64,000 nt of DNA from assembly GCA_951406725.2 (NCBI GenBank), contig OX597815.1, positions 164,982,001-165,046,000 on the forward strand, read 5' to 3'. Below, in pieces: positions 27,754 to 39,988 of this stretch. A program made the translations under genes and the position numbers. The notes beneath the pieces are model-generated. The model was not told the DNA's origin. It saw only the letters and a program-made list of their open reading frames with translations, and searched no databases. How positions within the stretch are numbered: the first letter of the stretch is position 1; every line of letters begins with the position of its first letter. The DNA comes from Octopus vulgaris (Eukaryota).

Positions 27754-28335
27754 TATGCACATACACGTGCATGTGTATACACTCATATATGTATATATAG
27801 TTTTCCTTTATTTTACTTTATCCCTAATTATATTGTAGTCAATCTGTAAACCCTTCACCTGAGCATATCATAATACAAATTATAAACCCTAATATTTAGT
27901 CTGCTGATATGAACTGATAGGTCGGGATGTAACATCTCGAGGTATAACTCTTTCTCTGATGAAATTATGCTCATGTCAGATAAATGCAAATTTAATGCAC
28001 AAATTTGTAATTAAATTATTAAGTATTAATTGAAACGGCTGTAAGAAGTAAAGATGACCAATTTGTTAATAATAAATAATCATTAACTTCTTACTCTCTA
28101 TTTTCTTTTCTTCATTTAACTGGATATAAACTGTATGCTTTAAGGGAATTTCATCCCCCAGTAATACTAGGTACTGAACCAGTATTTCCTTGGATGTAAC
28201 TATACCTTTACGAGGTTAACATATCCTCTAATTATATATATGTACACACACACACACACACACATACAACACACATACATACATACATACATACATACAT
28301 ACATACATACATACATACATACATACATACATACA

Positions 28336-28406
<71 letters not shown>

Positions 28407-28514
28407 CAAAATATAATATATAACCAATGAAAATAACAGGCAATATGTAAAAGTGGTACAAATGGAAAAAAATAATAGAAGTGATATAATGATATCTTGC
28501 CAAAATAGCCAATT

Positions 28515-31500
28515 ATCAACATGAAGATGTGATGCTGTGCAGCTGTAATAAGGTCGGGTCGTCGGCGACTAAACTGGCAACTCTACTAGGCTTGGTTGGT
28601 GAGGGAGGGTGAAATAGTGATTTTTGGACACTCTGCGGGATGAAAAAGAAAACCCGGGAAAGGGCGGAGGAACTCAGAAAAGTCAATGGCCATCCAAAAA
28701 CGGGTGGACAGAACTCGTTAACCTTGTTCAGCAATCTGTCTCGGAGAAGGAACACTTTGATTCAAAAACTGGGGTAGATAGCGCTCCTTAGTCACCTGGT
28801 GATAACCTGTTAGTGTCTATGCATTTAGATGGTTTTTCTTCCAAGTAGCATCAATATGCACTGGTGTCTAGGCTAAATGGACGCGAGAGTGTTATGAGTG
28901 GCATAAGCCAGTTCCACTTAAAACAAATTCATTGTGGAAGAAGTTTGAAGGTGATTTGAAAGTTCTAAGACGACGGGATATGGCAACAGGAACAGGGAAA
29001 GGAAGTTCCTAGCCAGAGTTCCACGCGTAGGTGGTACAGATGGGTGATGGCCGCCTCTCTGCTGAATCTGAAGGCATCTGCAAGATACGTGTCCTTCTTT
29101 ATGTGGCAAGCAGTCCTAACTAGGTGTAACACTGCTTTTCCGATATCGGAGGCAGGATGAAAAAAGGAACCCTAAAAAAAGTGTTGCCTTCAGTAAGCTT
29201 GGCATTAACTGTAGATGTCTAGCCATCCATTCTATTGGATGAATAAAGAGAAGATGAATAAAAGAAGCATCCTAGTCTATGGCTTTTGGAATATAAGAAC
29301 TTTACATGACAGCAAAGACAGCCTAGAACGAAAAAACAGCACTAATTGCAAAGGTAATCGGCTCCTGTAACATCGATATTGCTGCCCTAAGTGAAACCAG
29401 GCTTGCGGACACTGGTGAACTTGAGGAAGCTGGAAGTGGCCACACTTTTTTTTGGGGTGCATAGTCGGTAGATGAACCAAGAATTCACGGTATTGGGTTC
29501 GCCATTAAAACGATTCTACTTCGCAAATTGCCATACACTCATCAAGCTGTTGATGAGCGTCTCATGACATTCCGTATCCCGATAGGTAAATTTTCGTTTA
29601 TGCTCATTATCAGTGCACATGCACTTACCTTATCGGCATGAGAACAGGAACACAACATCTACTGCAAACTGCGGACAGTAGTCAGTAAAATTCCATACAA
29701 TGACAAAATCATACTGTTGGACAATTCTAATGCCAAAATAGGCAACAAACACAGTGAGGTCAAGAGTAATAGGAAAGCATTGGACAGGAACGATGAATGA
29801 AAACGCTTTGTGACTGCTGTCCTTTTGTCAACAATCACAAATAGTGTTGCAGCAGGCTGACAAATACAAAAACACCTGGAGGCATCCTCGATCTGGTCAT
29901 TGGCACGAACTGGGCTATGTTATAATTAAGAACAAGAATGACAGATTAACCAGAACTCACAAAATTCCAGAGTGTTACTCGGATCACAGATTGGCTCACA
30001 GCAAGGTATTTGTTAAACCGTATACAACGAGGCCACTGAGATCCAGTATACATCCGAGAATAAACGCAGCTTCTTTAAAAAATCCAGAAACAACTAAAAG
30101 TTTTGAAATGCATTTAAACTCAAAGCTTGCGGAAATAGAAGAATGCAACGACTGAAGTGTTGTGGAACAATATTCGTGACAACATCAAATCATCTGATGA
30201 AGTAACTGAAGGATTTGTGAAACGCAAGCACCAAGATTTTTCGACGAGAACGACTCTTAAATTAAACCTCTCCTAGAAACTTCGCACAAAATACACAAGA
30301 CATGGATTTCAAGCAAAAACTTACCAGCACTCAGATCCCTATGTATCTCCCCTAGAAAAACTTCACAGAAAAAACTGCATGAGATGAAAATTTCTTAATG
30401 GGCAAAAAAAAAAAAAAAAGGCCCAAGAATTGAAACATGCTGCTAACTCTCACAACTGGAGAGCGCTGTATGACAATCTGAAAGGTGTATTTGGTCCAAA
30501 AATGGGTGGCACAGAATCTATTCTTTCTAACGACGGAACAAAACTTTTAAATAGCAAAGATGAAATTCTGTAAAAGATGGGCTGAACACTTTAAATCTGT
30601 ATTAAATCAAGAATCCTCTATCAATCCTGAAGTAATCAACGAAATCTCCCAGTGGCCTATAATTAAAGAACTAGCGAAAAATCCTTTTTTGGAAGAGATA
30701 AGTACTGCTGTCAAAAAAACTTTCCAGGGGTGAAGCTCGTCTACAAGAAGGTATTCCCTTAGAGGTGTACAAACATGGTAGCAGACAACTTGTAAGTAAG
30801 CTGCGCAAATTGACCTATCTGATCTGGGAAATTGGATCAGTTCCTCAACAGTTCAAGGATGAATCTATAACGCACTTGTACAAAAACAAGGTTGAAGAAG
30901 AGTGTATGTGATAATCACTGGGGAATAAACTTGTGCATAACTGGAAAAATTCTTGTGAGGGTGAACCTTAACCGCATCAATAAACATGTAATGAACAGCA
31001 TATATCCTGAGTCCCAATGTGGATTTCGGGCTGGGAGATGCACAGTTGACGTGATATTTGCCCCCCGACAAGTTCAAGGGAAAGCAGGTGAAAACAATAC
31101 TGACTTGTTCATGATATTTGTCGACTTAACCAAGGCCTTTGATACAGTGAATCGTGATGCGCTCTGAGAAATTTAGTCAAAAGCTGGACTTCCTCATAAA
31201 ATGATGAGGGTAATAGTATCCCTGCATAAAGGAATAATGGCGACAGTGATATCTTGTAGTCAATACTTAGAGGCATTTTCTGTTGCCATTGGAACCAAAC
31301 AGGGATGTGTTTTAGCCGTTGTACTTTTTTCTATATTATTTTCAATGATGCTCCAACATGCTTCCGAGGGTTACCATGAAGGCGTTAAATTTCAGTTTCG
31401 TGCAGAAGGAGGTTTATTAAACCTGAAACAGCAAATTTTCAAATCAAAGAAAAAGACCAGGGTAGAGATCCTTCGTGACTTTCTGTTTGCCCAAAGATAT

Positions 31501-32378
31501 TCACTATCAAAACCTTATGAAAATGTGATATCTCCAGTATCCAAAGCATGCTGATGAGAATTCAGTGCAGATGGGTAGGACATGTTCAAATGAAAAATGA
31601 CCGCATTCCAAAAATTCTTCTGTATGACCAACAAATAGTAGAGGCGCAACGGCCCAGTGGTTAGGGCAGCGGACTCGCGGTCGGAGGATCGCGGTTTCGA
31701 TTCCCAGACCGGGCGTTGTGTGTGTTTATTGAGCGAAAACACATGAAAGCTCCACGAGGCTCCGGCAGGGGGTGGCGGCGACCCCTGTTGTACTCTTTCG
31801 CCACAACTTTCTCTCACTCTCTCTTCCTGTTTCTTGAGTAACGCTGCGATGGACTGGCGTCCCGTTTAGCTGGGGGGGGGGGGGCACATACGCCACAGAA
31901 ACCGGGAAACCGGACCCATGAGCCTGGCTAGGCTTGAAAAGGGCGACGTTTATCGTTTTTTATGAGGGATTTCACGGCAAAAGAAGACTTGTCTTTAGGT
32001 ATAAGGATAAGTTGACGCAATCACTAAAATCTCTACAGCTAAACTTGACATCTTGGGAAAGTCATTGCCTAAATCGATCTGTATGGTGTAAAATATATCA
32101 TGAACGTCCAAACAATTTGAGTTGAAGAAAATGGTCGATAGAAAAACTATATCCTGCAACTAACAGATGCATTTGCTCAATTCCAGGCAAAATCAAAATC
32201 ACTAATGTCTCCATTGCAACTTCATAGCAAAATCAGTACCTGGACTCAAATTACATTCACCACGTATCCATCACAAATAGATGTAGCTTCTTAATGTTTT
32301 TTTTTCTATTACTGTCTTTTACTTTAAGTCCTCTCCTTCAAGCACTCATAGGGCGAAAGCGATGGGAGTAACCATCAT
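28515..32378 (+). mobile_element. Near-full-length decayed RTE-clade LINE
   Basis: APE endonuclease (GFWNIRTL, DIAALSETRL, YSDHRL; about 29270-30000) and RT (PESQCGFRAGR, FVDLTKAFDTVNR, GTKQGCVLA; about 30730-31490). A C-terminal C2H2 (CLHC..GLKLH...H) lies at about 32205-32280, followed by a cat tail. Many stops and frameshifts, plus an internal deletion. Confidence 0.92.
31639..31950 (+). mobile_element. SINE (head 1 + V-domain-like body) inserted in the RTE
   Basis: Same head as 959-1345 but with the body ctgcgatggactggcgtcccg...gaaaccgggaaaccgg. Confidence 0.85.
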
Positions 32379-32389
32379 ATATATATATA

Positions 32390-32685
32390 CTAGCAGTATC
32401 GCCCGGCGTTGCTCGGGTTTGTAAGGGAAATAATTATATAAGCATTTTTAGAGAGTTATAGCAAAAAAATAGCAAAAAAATGCATTAAAAATGGAAAAAA
32501 ATGATGGTAAATTTTTTTTTAAATCGTAGACTCATCGTAGACGCGCGCTAATACCCAGAAGGGCTCGATATGAATCACGACTATAAGATACCCGCTTTTG
32601 GTTAAACTGCACCGCAAAATGTGGGAGTAGTTAGGAATCTAAATCGTAGGAGACAGACACACAACTTGACTTTTATATATAAAGA
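32390..32685 (-). mobile_element. Complete non-autonomous Helitron
   Basis: The minus strand starts TC and ends with the hairpin cccgagcaacgccggg plus CTAG. It is inserted A|T in (TA)n with no TSD. Confidence 0.88.
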
Positions 32686-33307
32686 TATATATATATATAT
32701 ATATATAAAACAAGCTTGAAAGCAGTTTCTGTCCCGTCAACCAAATTCACTCATATGTTGGGCCGGGGTTACAGTAGAAGACAGTTAGCCAAGATGCCAT
32801 GCAGTGAGACTGAACCCAAAACCGCGAGCTTCTTAACCATAAAGCCACGCCTGCGCCTGTGAGATTTTACTTCTTTCTTTTTTTTTTTTAATCAGGTTAT
32901 GATTAACGTAGTGGAGGATGCTGACCTGGGAAGATGGCCTGGAAGAAAACAGAGTTTTTTAAATCAGTTATTTTGCATTCTGCACTTTTATTTTAATATC
33001 ATGTAAGTTAGATTATGGAAGGTTTGAGCGGTTATTGTTGTCGGGTTGTGCTAAGGGCATCAGTTGGCCTTAATCCGGCCAAGCATGTAAGTATGCATGT
33101 ATGTATGCATGTATGTATGTATGTATGTATGTATGTATGTATGTATGTATGTATGTATGTATGTATGTATGTATGTATGTGTGTATGTATGTGTGAATCT
33201 ATGTATGTATGTATATATGTATGTATGTATGTATAAACATGTAAATATATATGTATACAGACTATACATTTTGGGAATGTATGGGTGGTTATATACATGC
33301 ATACATG

Positions 33308-33357
<50 letters not shown>

Positions 33358-33389
33358 GAGAGAGAGACACAAACACATACACACTAATG

Positions 33390-33756
33390 CAGCGTTTTTC
33401 AAACTTTTTTCGTTTACTGCAACCTACAGCACGAAGCACATTTTGCATTGCGACCCATGCCTTGGACAAAACCTTGAAGTTATTTTGACTGTGATAACAT
33501 CCTTTTTGTATATGTATAATAAATTCATAATGATGTGTATTATTATGTTTTGATTGGTAAAGCCTGCCTTATCATCGTAGAAATCGGTAAAACTGGCGAT
33601 GATTTATGCGTGTTGTGCAATATTTAGAGTTGTTTATATTCTGTCCTTTACACCCACTTGCATTTTTTACTTTCCTTCTTTTTATTATCGTCGCGACTCA
33701 TTTTATTTATCTCGTAACCCATTGAAGGATCGGGACCCAAAGTCTGAAAAACGCTG
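33390..33756. mobile_element. hAT MITE
   Basis: TIRs cagcgtttttcaaacttt / aaagtctgaaaaacgctg and an 8-bp TSD cactaatg / cactagtg. Confidence 0.85.
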
Positions 33757-33775
33757 CACTAGTGTATACATGAAT

Positions 33776-33954
33776 AGGCGTAGGAATGGCTGTGTGGTAA
33801 GTAGTTTGCTTACGAACCACATGGTTCCGGGTTCAGCCCCATTGCGTGGCACCTTGGGCAAGTGTCTTCTACTTTGGCCTCAGCCGACCAAAGCCTTGTG
33901 AGTGGATTTGGTAGACGGAAACTGAAAGAATCCCGTCGTATATGTGTATATATT

Positions 33955-34040
<86 letters not shown>

Positions 34041-34225
34041 TCCCCCAATATCGATTGACAACCGATGCAGGTGTGTTTACGTCCCCATAGCTTAGCGGTT
34101 CGGCAAAAGACCGATAGAATAAGTACTGGGCTAACAAAGAATATGTCCTGGGGTCGATTTGATCGACTAAAGGCGGTGCTCCAGCATGACCATAGTCAAA
34201 TGATTGAAACAAGTAAAGGAGTAAA
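33776..34225 (+). mobile_element. Full-length CORE-type tRNA SINE with internal (TA)n(TG)n
   Basis: Head ggcgtaggaatggctgtgtggtaag, CORE-like accttgggcaagt, tail gaaacaagtaaa. Confidence 0.9.
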
Positions 34226-34765
34226 AAAAGTACATATATATACAGATGCATATGTGTGCGTGTATTTGTGCACGTGCGCTTGCGTGCGTATATACGTATA
34301 CACACACATACACACACATATATATATACACACACATGTATGTGCATGTATAGATGCATATATATAATGCTCATATCATCATCATCATCATCAATTATTT
34401 CGGGTTTTTGCCATTTATTCTGTCTGAACCAACGTCCCGAGATCCGTCACTCCACTAACTCAGACATCTCTCCTGCATACATAATCAGTTGTTGTTTTTT
34501 TTATGCCCAGTTAACTCTCACAGTTCAGGATCACTAAGCTCTATCAAGAGAGTAACTGGAACACGTTCATAGGGGTGATGTCCATGGTTTGTGTAAGCAG
34601 AAAGACAGAGAAAAAAAAAAGCTCTCATATTTTCTTATCTTTTAATCACAAGAGAAGGTAGTAACCATCAGAAGCGTTGCAAGATTGTGTGCCGCCAGGG
34701 TACGCAAGTCTCAGAGCGCTTGCAAAGGACATGGCCGATGTACCTTCTTCCAGACTCAAAAAGTA

Positions 34766-35201
34766 GGATCTTTTCGGTTTGAACGGCAGTTTTTAACATA
34801 ATTTCTAGATAACTAAAAAATTTCAAACTTCGTATACTGGTAGAATGTGTTTACAAAACATCTTTTTCTCTTGGCTTTATTGAGAAAATTCTATTGTTTG
34901 TAAGATATTTGTTGTTTTTTCTTCAATTTCTGCAATTTCAACCAATCACTGACGTCTATTGAGTTAAAAAGCATTCTGTGCCGTATGAATATGTCCCTCG
35001 TTTAAGAAACAGATTGGGTTTATTTACATTTGTGAAGAAAAAAAGATACCCTTCCCCCACCCCTTATCCTAACCCTAACCCTAACTAACCCTAACCCTAA
35101 AACAGATTGAAATGCAATAGATCGATTCTAGGGTCATAATTATGGGTGACAATTTCATATGACACCGCTAGAAAAAACTGCCGTTCAAACCGAAAAGATC
35201 C
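34766..35201. mobile_element. Non-autonomous TIR element with internal (CCCTAA)n
   Basis: Perfect 29-bp TIR ggatcttttcggtttgaacggcagttttt. Flanked by direct repeats at 34654-34765 and 35202-35288. Confidence 0.92.
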
Positions 35202-35561
35202 GAAGGCAGCAACCATCAGAAGCGTTGCAAGAGTGTGAGCCGCCAGGGTACACAAGTCTCAGAGCGCTTCCTCCAGACTCAACAAGTAAAAATAAAAGTC
35301 ATCATAGTTTTGCATCAAACAGCAAAGCTTAGATAGCAACTAGCACGTCTTTGCTTCACCGTATTTCTCGTTTAACTTTTGATACACACTGCATTGAATG
35401 CATTAATACTAACTTAACTATTGTCTTTCATATGGATGGCGTCACTGAGTAATTAACTTTAGTGAGTTATTTTTGTTTTTAAAAATGCTCATGTTTTCAC
35501 GTCTATTTGTGTACAATATTTGTACAGCTCAATGATTCTCCCATTACCGTGGAGAGTAAAG

Positions 35562-35976
35562 GGATCTTTTCGGTTTGAACGGCAGTTTTTTCTAGCGGTG
35601 TCATATGAAATCGTTACCCATAATTATGACCCTAGTATCGATCTATTGCATTTCAATCTGTTTTAGGGTTAGGGGTGGGGGAAGGATATCTTTTTTTCTT
35701 CACAAATGTAAATAAACCCAATCTGTTTCTTAAATGAGGGACGTATTCATACGGCACAGAATGTTTTTTTTTTACCTCAATGGACGTCATTGATTGGTTG
35801 AAATTGCAGAAATTGAAGAAAAAAAACAACAAATATCTTACAAACAATAGAATTTTCTCAATAAAGCCAAGAGAAAAAGATGTTTTATAAACACATTCTA
35901 CCAGTATACGAAATTTAAAAGTGTTTAGTTACGTGGAAATTATTTTAAAAAACTGCCGTTCAAACCGAAAAGATCC
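35562..35976. mobile_element. Second copy of the same TIR element, in inverted orientation
   Basis: Same 29-bp TIR. Flanked by direct repeats at 35498-35561 and 35977-36042. Confidence 0.92.
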
Positions 35977-36665
35977 CACGTCTATTTGTGTACAATATTG
36001 TATATCTACTCAATAATTCTCCCATTACTGTAGAGAGTACAGTGCCGTCTAAGCTTCAATGAGGACATTACTAAAACTGAATCACGTTCGTAGTTGTCTC
36101 CCGTATTTGCGGAAATGATTAAGATGGCAATAATAGGCATTGAGCTAAAATTGTCTTTCCCCTCATTGCATTGGTATTTTTAATTAGACTTTTGATACTC
36201 ACTATACATATGCAAATATATTAACATAAAGTTTACTGACGTTTTTCATGCTGTTGGCATCGCTTAGTACGTAAACCTATTTGTTGTTGTTGTTATTATT
36301 TGTAATATGAGATACATACCCTTTTGCTTTCAGCATATCAACACCTCATCACTTTTGATGAACCTAATGCCTTCTTTGCCCTCAATTTGGTAATAGCCCA
36401 ACTAAGCATACTGAAAATAGACTGTCACTGCGATAATTAGCTTCTCTGTTGGTTCCATTTGGAGATGTTCCTCGCATTCCTATTCAAATTCTTCTTTCAG
36501 CAACCCGAACGGTAGTACTTCAATGCCTTTTTTGTTTCATTATTACCAAAAGTAAGTTCACAAACATAGTTTTAGATACAATTCTCCACAGCGGCATCTT
36601 GATTCAAACAAATGTACTATCTTGTAATTAAGATGACTTCAAGATTTTCATCTTTATATCATAGA

Positions 36666-36965
36666 CTAGCTTAAGGTGACCCGCTCTACGCGCAGGTGAG
36701 GGTGTGGTTGTTACTTTCTGTTACTTCCTTTCTGTTTCTTATAACCACATTCTCCCTCTTTGTTTCTCTCTCCTTTCTTTCTCACTTTCCCACTCTCTTA
36801 CTCTTCCTTCTCTCGGACTATCCCTCGATTTCTCTTACTCTCTATATTTCGCTAAATATCTCTCTCCCATTTATAAAAAATTAGATTTCAGCGCTTAAAC
36901 TACTTATCCACTTCCACTTTACCATGTTGAAAGTTACATTGAAATCGGACAAAATGTGTCCAATC
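36666..36965 (-). mobile_element. Probable non-autonomous Helitron 3' part
   Basis: CTAG at 36666-36669 plus the imperfect hairpin acccgctctacgcgcaggt and a CT-rich interior. Confidence 0.5.
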
Positions 36966-36967
36966 TT

Positions 36968-37292
36968 AAAATAACTTAGCGGTTCACCAATGTAGAACAA
37001 TAAAATGACTTAGCGGTTCGCCAATCGAGATCGATCAAATAAATTAGCGGTTCGCCAAAGGTCAATAAAATGACCTAGCGGTTCGCCAAATGTGATCGAT
37101 AAAATGACCTAGCGGTTCGCCAAACGAGATCGATAAAATGACTTAGCGGTTCGCCAAACGAGTTCGATAAAATGACTTAGCGGTTCGCCAAACGGGATCG
37201 ACAAAATGACTTAGCGGTTCGACAAACGGGATCGATAAAATGATTTAGGTGTTCGCCAAAGGAGAACGATAAAATGACTTAGCGGTTCGCCA
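36968..37292 (+). repeat. 34-bp minisatellite, about 9.6 copies
   Basis: Unit aaaatgacttagcggttcgccaaacgagatcgat, starting at 37067, 37101, 37135, 37169 and so on. Confidence 0.95.
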
Positions 37293-37934
37293 GTTACAGT
37301 ACTCGATCTCTTCCTTCTTATTGCAATACACGTCTCTCTTCATTTGCGGCCTCCGTCTGCCATTAATGACCACGGACGAGGACCCTAGTTGTCCGCCCTA
37401 CTTCAACGGCATTATCTGTGGCTAAACAGTCCGATGCCTAATAGCAATATCTGTTACACAAGCAGCACTTCTGGGCTTTCCCATCGCTGTTTTAGTTATA
37501 CCGATGATTTATAACCGGTAATTGTTGCTCCCTGCATTGTGTCAAGACCGAAGGCAAAATAGGGGGGGGTGTATTGTCCGTTTCTATCTTTCCAGTATAG
37601 GGTGTTTAATGGGATCCAAGCCTAATGTTACTAGAGAGCTTGTCCTAACTGAATGATCTTTCAGCTTTTATAAATTCCTTCTTCTGCTTATTTTCAATAT
37701 CCTCAATCCAAAGTCACAAAGTAAAGTCATAGAATAGTCCAATCTGTTTAATTCCCACGAAGAGTTAATGAGCTGACGTTTCAAGCTATGCTTTTCGACT
37801 GAGAGCTGAGAAGAGGAAAGCGGAGAGAGGGGAGGAGAGGGGGAAGGAGTAGAATTGTATGGTTATCAAATAGAGTATACATTGCATTTCAAAAATGAAA
37901 AATGAAAAAGTTAATCTCACTATTAATCAAATAA

Positions 37935-38024
<90 letters not shown>

Positions 38025-38058
38025 TAACTCACTCTTAAACATACACATATGTATATAT

Positions 38059-38104
<46 letters not shown>

Positions 38105-38252
38105 GACATATATACATATATGATATGTATTATTTATACATACACATATAATGTACATACATATATGTGTGTCTGTGTGTGTGTGTATGTATACAGCTTA
38201 GCTCTAAGTTACTATGGACTAAAATTACTTACAACCTACTAATTGCCCAAGA

Positions 38253-38305
<53 letters not shown>

Positions 38306-38517
38306 TTGTCAAAGCCAGACACCAAACAGATTGATATCATTTTTTGTGTCTAGGGTGACATATTTCCTCTGGTAAACCCACTTCATTTCCTTTACATAGC
38401 GAAGCTGAATCGTGGTTTTATTAAAAACTAATAACTCACATTTACAATAATTCCAAAACTGTGTTGTATACAACATCTGTGTGCGTGTGTGTGTGTGAGT
38501 GCACGCGCACGTGAATA

Positions 38518-38599
<82 letters not shown>

Positions 38600-38786
38600 T
38601 AGTTGAATGAATTATCTTAGTATGGATAATTCGGTTAACCGATACCTGGGTAGCAAATTCACGTCAGAAAAACACGGTTGAAGCTACATGCCAAGGGCAG
38701 AGATCACGTGCTTTCGTGTGGAAATTTGTGTATTTTTTTTAATACAAATAAATGAAAGAATGGAGTTGAACGACGATTTAACAAAA

Positions 38787-38885
38787 TTCCTTTATTCTCG
38801 ACATATGTTTCGAAGGCTGCATATTCCTAATTTCGAAGGAATAAGGGGTGCATCATGCCGCCTTCTCATCAGGAAAGACAAGGAA
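38787..38885 (-). ncRNA. Type I hammerhead ribozyme (mirror copy)
   Basis: Reverse complement of the 38978-39077 motif with an intact core. Confidence 0.85.
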
Positions 38886-38977
38886 CTTATGTCAGCATCA
38901 AGATGAACAAAAACTCTTAGATGTCTCCGTGTGGGCAGTCATCTAAGAGTTTTTGTTCATCTTGGTGCTGACATAAG

Positions 38978-39077
38978 TTCCTTGTCTTTCCTGATGAGAA
39001 GGCGGCATAATGCACCCCTTATTCCTTCGAAATTAGGAATATGCAGCCTTCGAAACATATGTCGAGAATAAAGGAAT
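38978..39077 (+). ncRNA. Type I hammerhead ribozyme
   Basis: tttc-CTGATGA(38991-38997)-gaaggc...gccttc-GAAA(39052-39055)-catatg-TC (GUC 39061-39063)-gaga, with the distal stem I ttcctt/aaggaa. Confidence 0.85.
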
Positions 39078-39116
39078 TTTGTTAAATCGTCGTTCAACTC
39101 CATTCTTTCATTTATT

Positions 39117-39167
<51 letters not shown>

Positions 39168-39184
39168 TATACATACATATACAC

Positions 39185-39361
39185 ATATGCCATGATTGAC
39201 CGCTAGCCCATAAAACTTTTTTTTATTCTCTCTCTGTTTATTTCATTTAGTTCCTTTCTGTTGAAGAGCGTAGGCTCGAAACGTAAAAGACTTTCTCACC
39301 TTCCCTGAGCGTTAAACTAATACACATGTCTTCGTCTTCTGTTTTTCTGTAAATTCCAACT
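39185..39361 (+). mobile_element. Short Penelope-like repeat with a minimal hammerhead carrying a core substitution
   Basis: cttt-CTGTTGA-a-gagc gtag gctc-GAAA-cg-TA-aaag at 39254-39289, flanked by TA-rich repeats. Confidence 0.6.
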
Positions 39362-39988
39362 ATATATATATGTGTGTCTGTTTAAATACCTTATGTTTTC
39401 AATTCTTTCTGCTTTATGAACAAGGACTGAAAGTTGGGGATGCGGGAGCTATCTCATTTGTTCAACTGGTACTTGATTTATCGACACCGAAAGGCTGAAA
39501 ATCCAATTCAAACTTGGCAGTATTTGAACTCAGAACGTAATAGCTAACAAAACACCTTATGCCGTTTTCTCTACTGTTTCCGGGTTTAAATATTAATAAT
39601 AATTTAATTCTTGTCGTTTTAGCTGTAATATAAATGGAAAGATAATTACATCCAAAAAATGAGATCAAGTATAATTTTAATTGCTGCGTAAAAATTTAAT
39701 TTAATAATTACTTACTTGAACTTAGGATTTTCCTAACAGTAACAATTAAGTTTGATCTTTCTAACTCATGATATTTGGTTTCAGATGAATCTTTTAGAGA
39801 ATTACTGAATAGAAGAATAAAAAAATATTCCTTCGGATTCAAATAGAATTTAAATTTTCGCTTTATTACTACTGATAAAGTTAAACTTGTGCCTGTATGT
39901 GACACTGACATGAATAACCAAAACACAAAACAGACCCTTTGTTAATCATTTATATAGAAAGTTGTTTTCATTGACATCTGTGATATGT

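Larger units (their letters stand above)
38742..39121. mobile_element. Palindromic Penelope-like (pseudo-LTR/retrozyme-type) insertion
   Basis: 182-bp arms (38742-38923 / 38940-39121) with 2 mismatches and a 16-nt spacer. Each arm carries a hammerhead motif, and the insertion sits between (TA)n tracts. Confidence 0.8.

Noticed and set aside
36968-37292. CRISPR-like periodic array
   Set aside because: The variable parts are short and mutually homologous rather than unique spacers, there are no cas genes, and the context is eukaryotic.
37765-37815. Minus-strand hammerhead-like motif (aagc ata gctt GAAA cgtc)
   Set aside because: The core reads CAGTCGA and stem I is unconvincing. At most it is a very decayed Penelope remnant.
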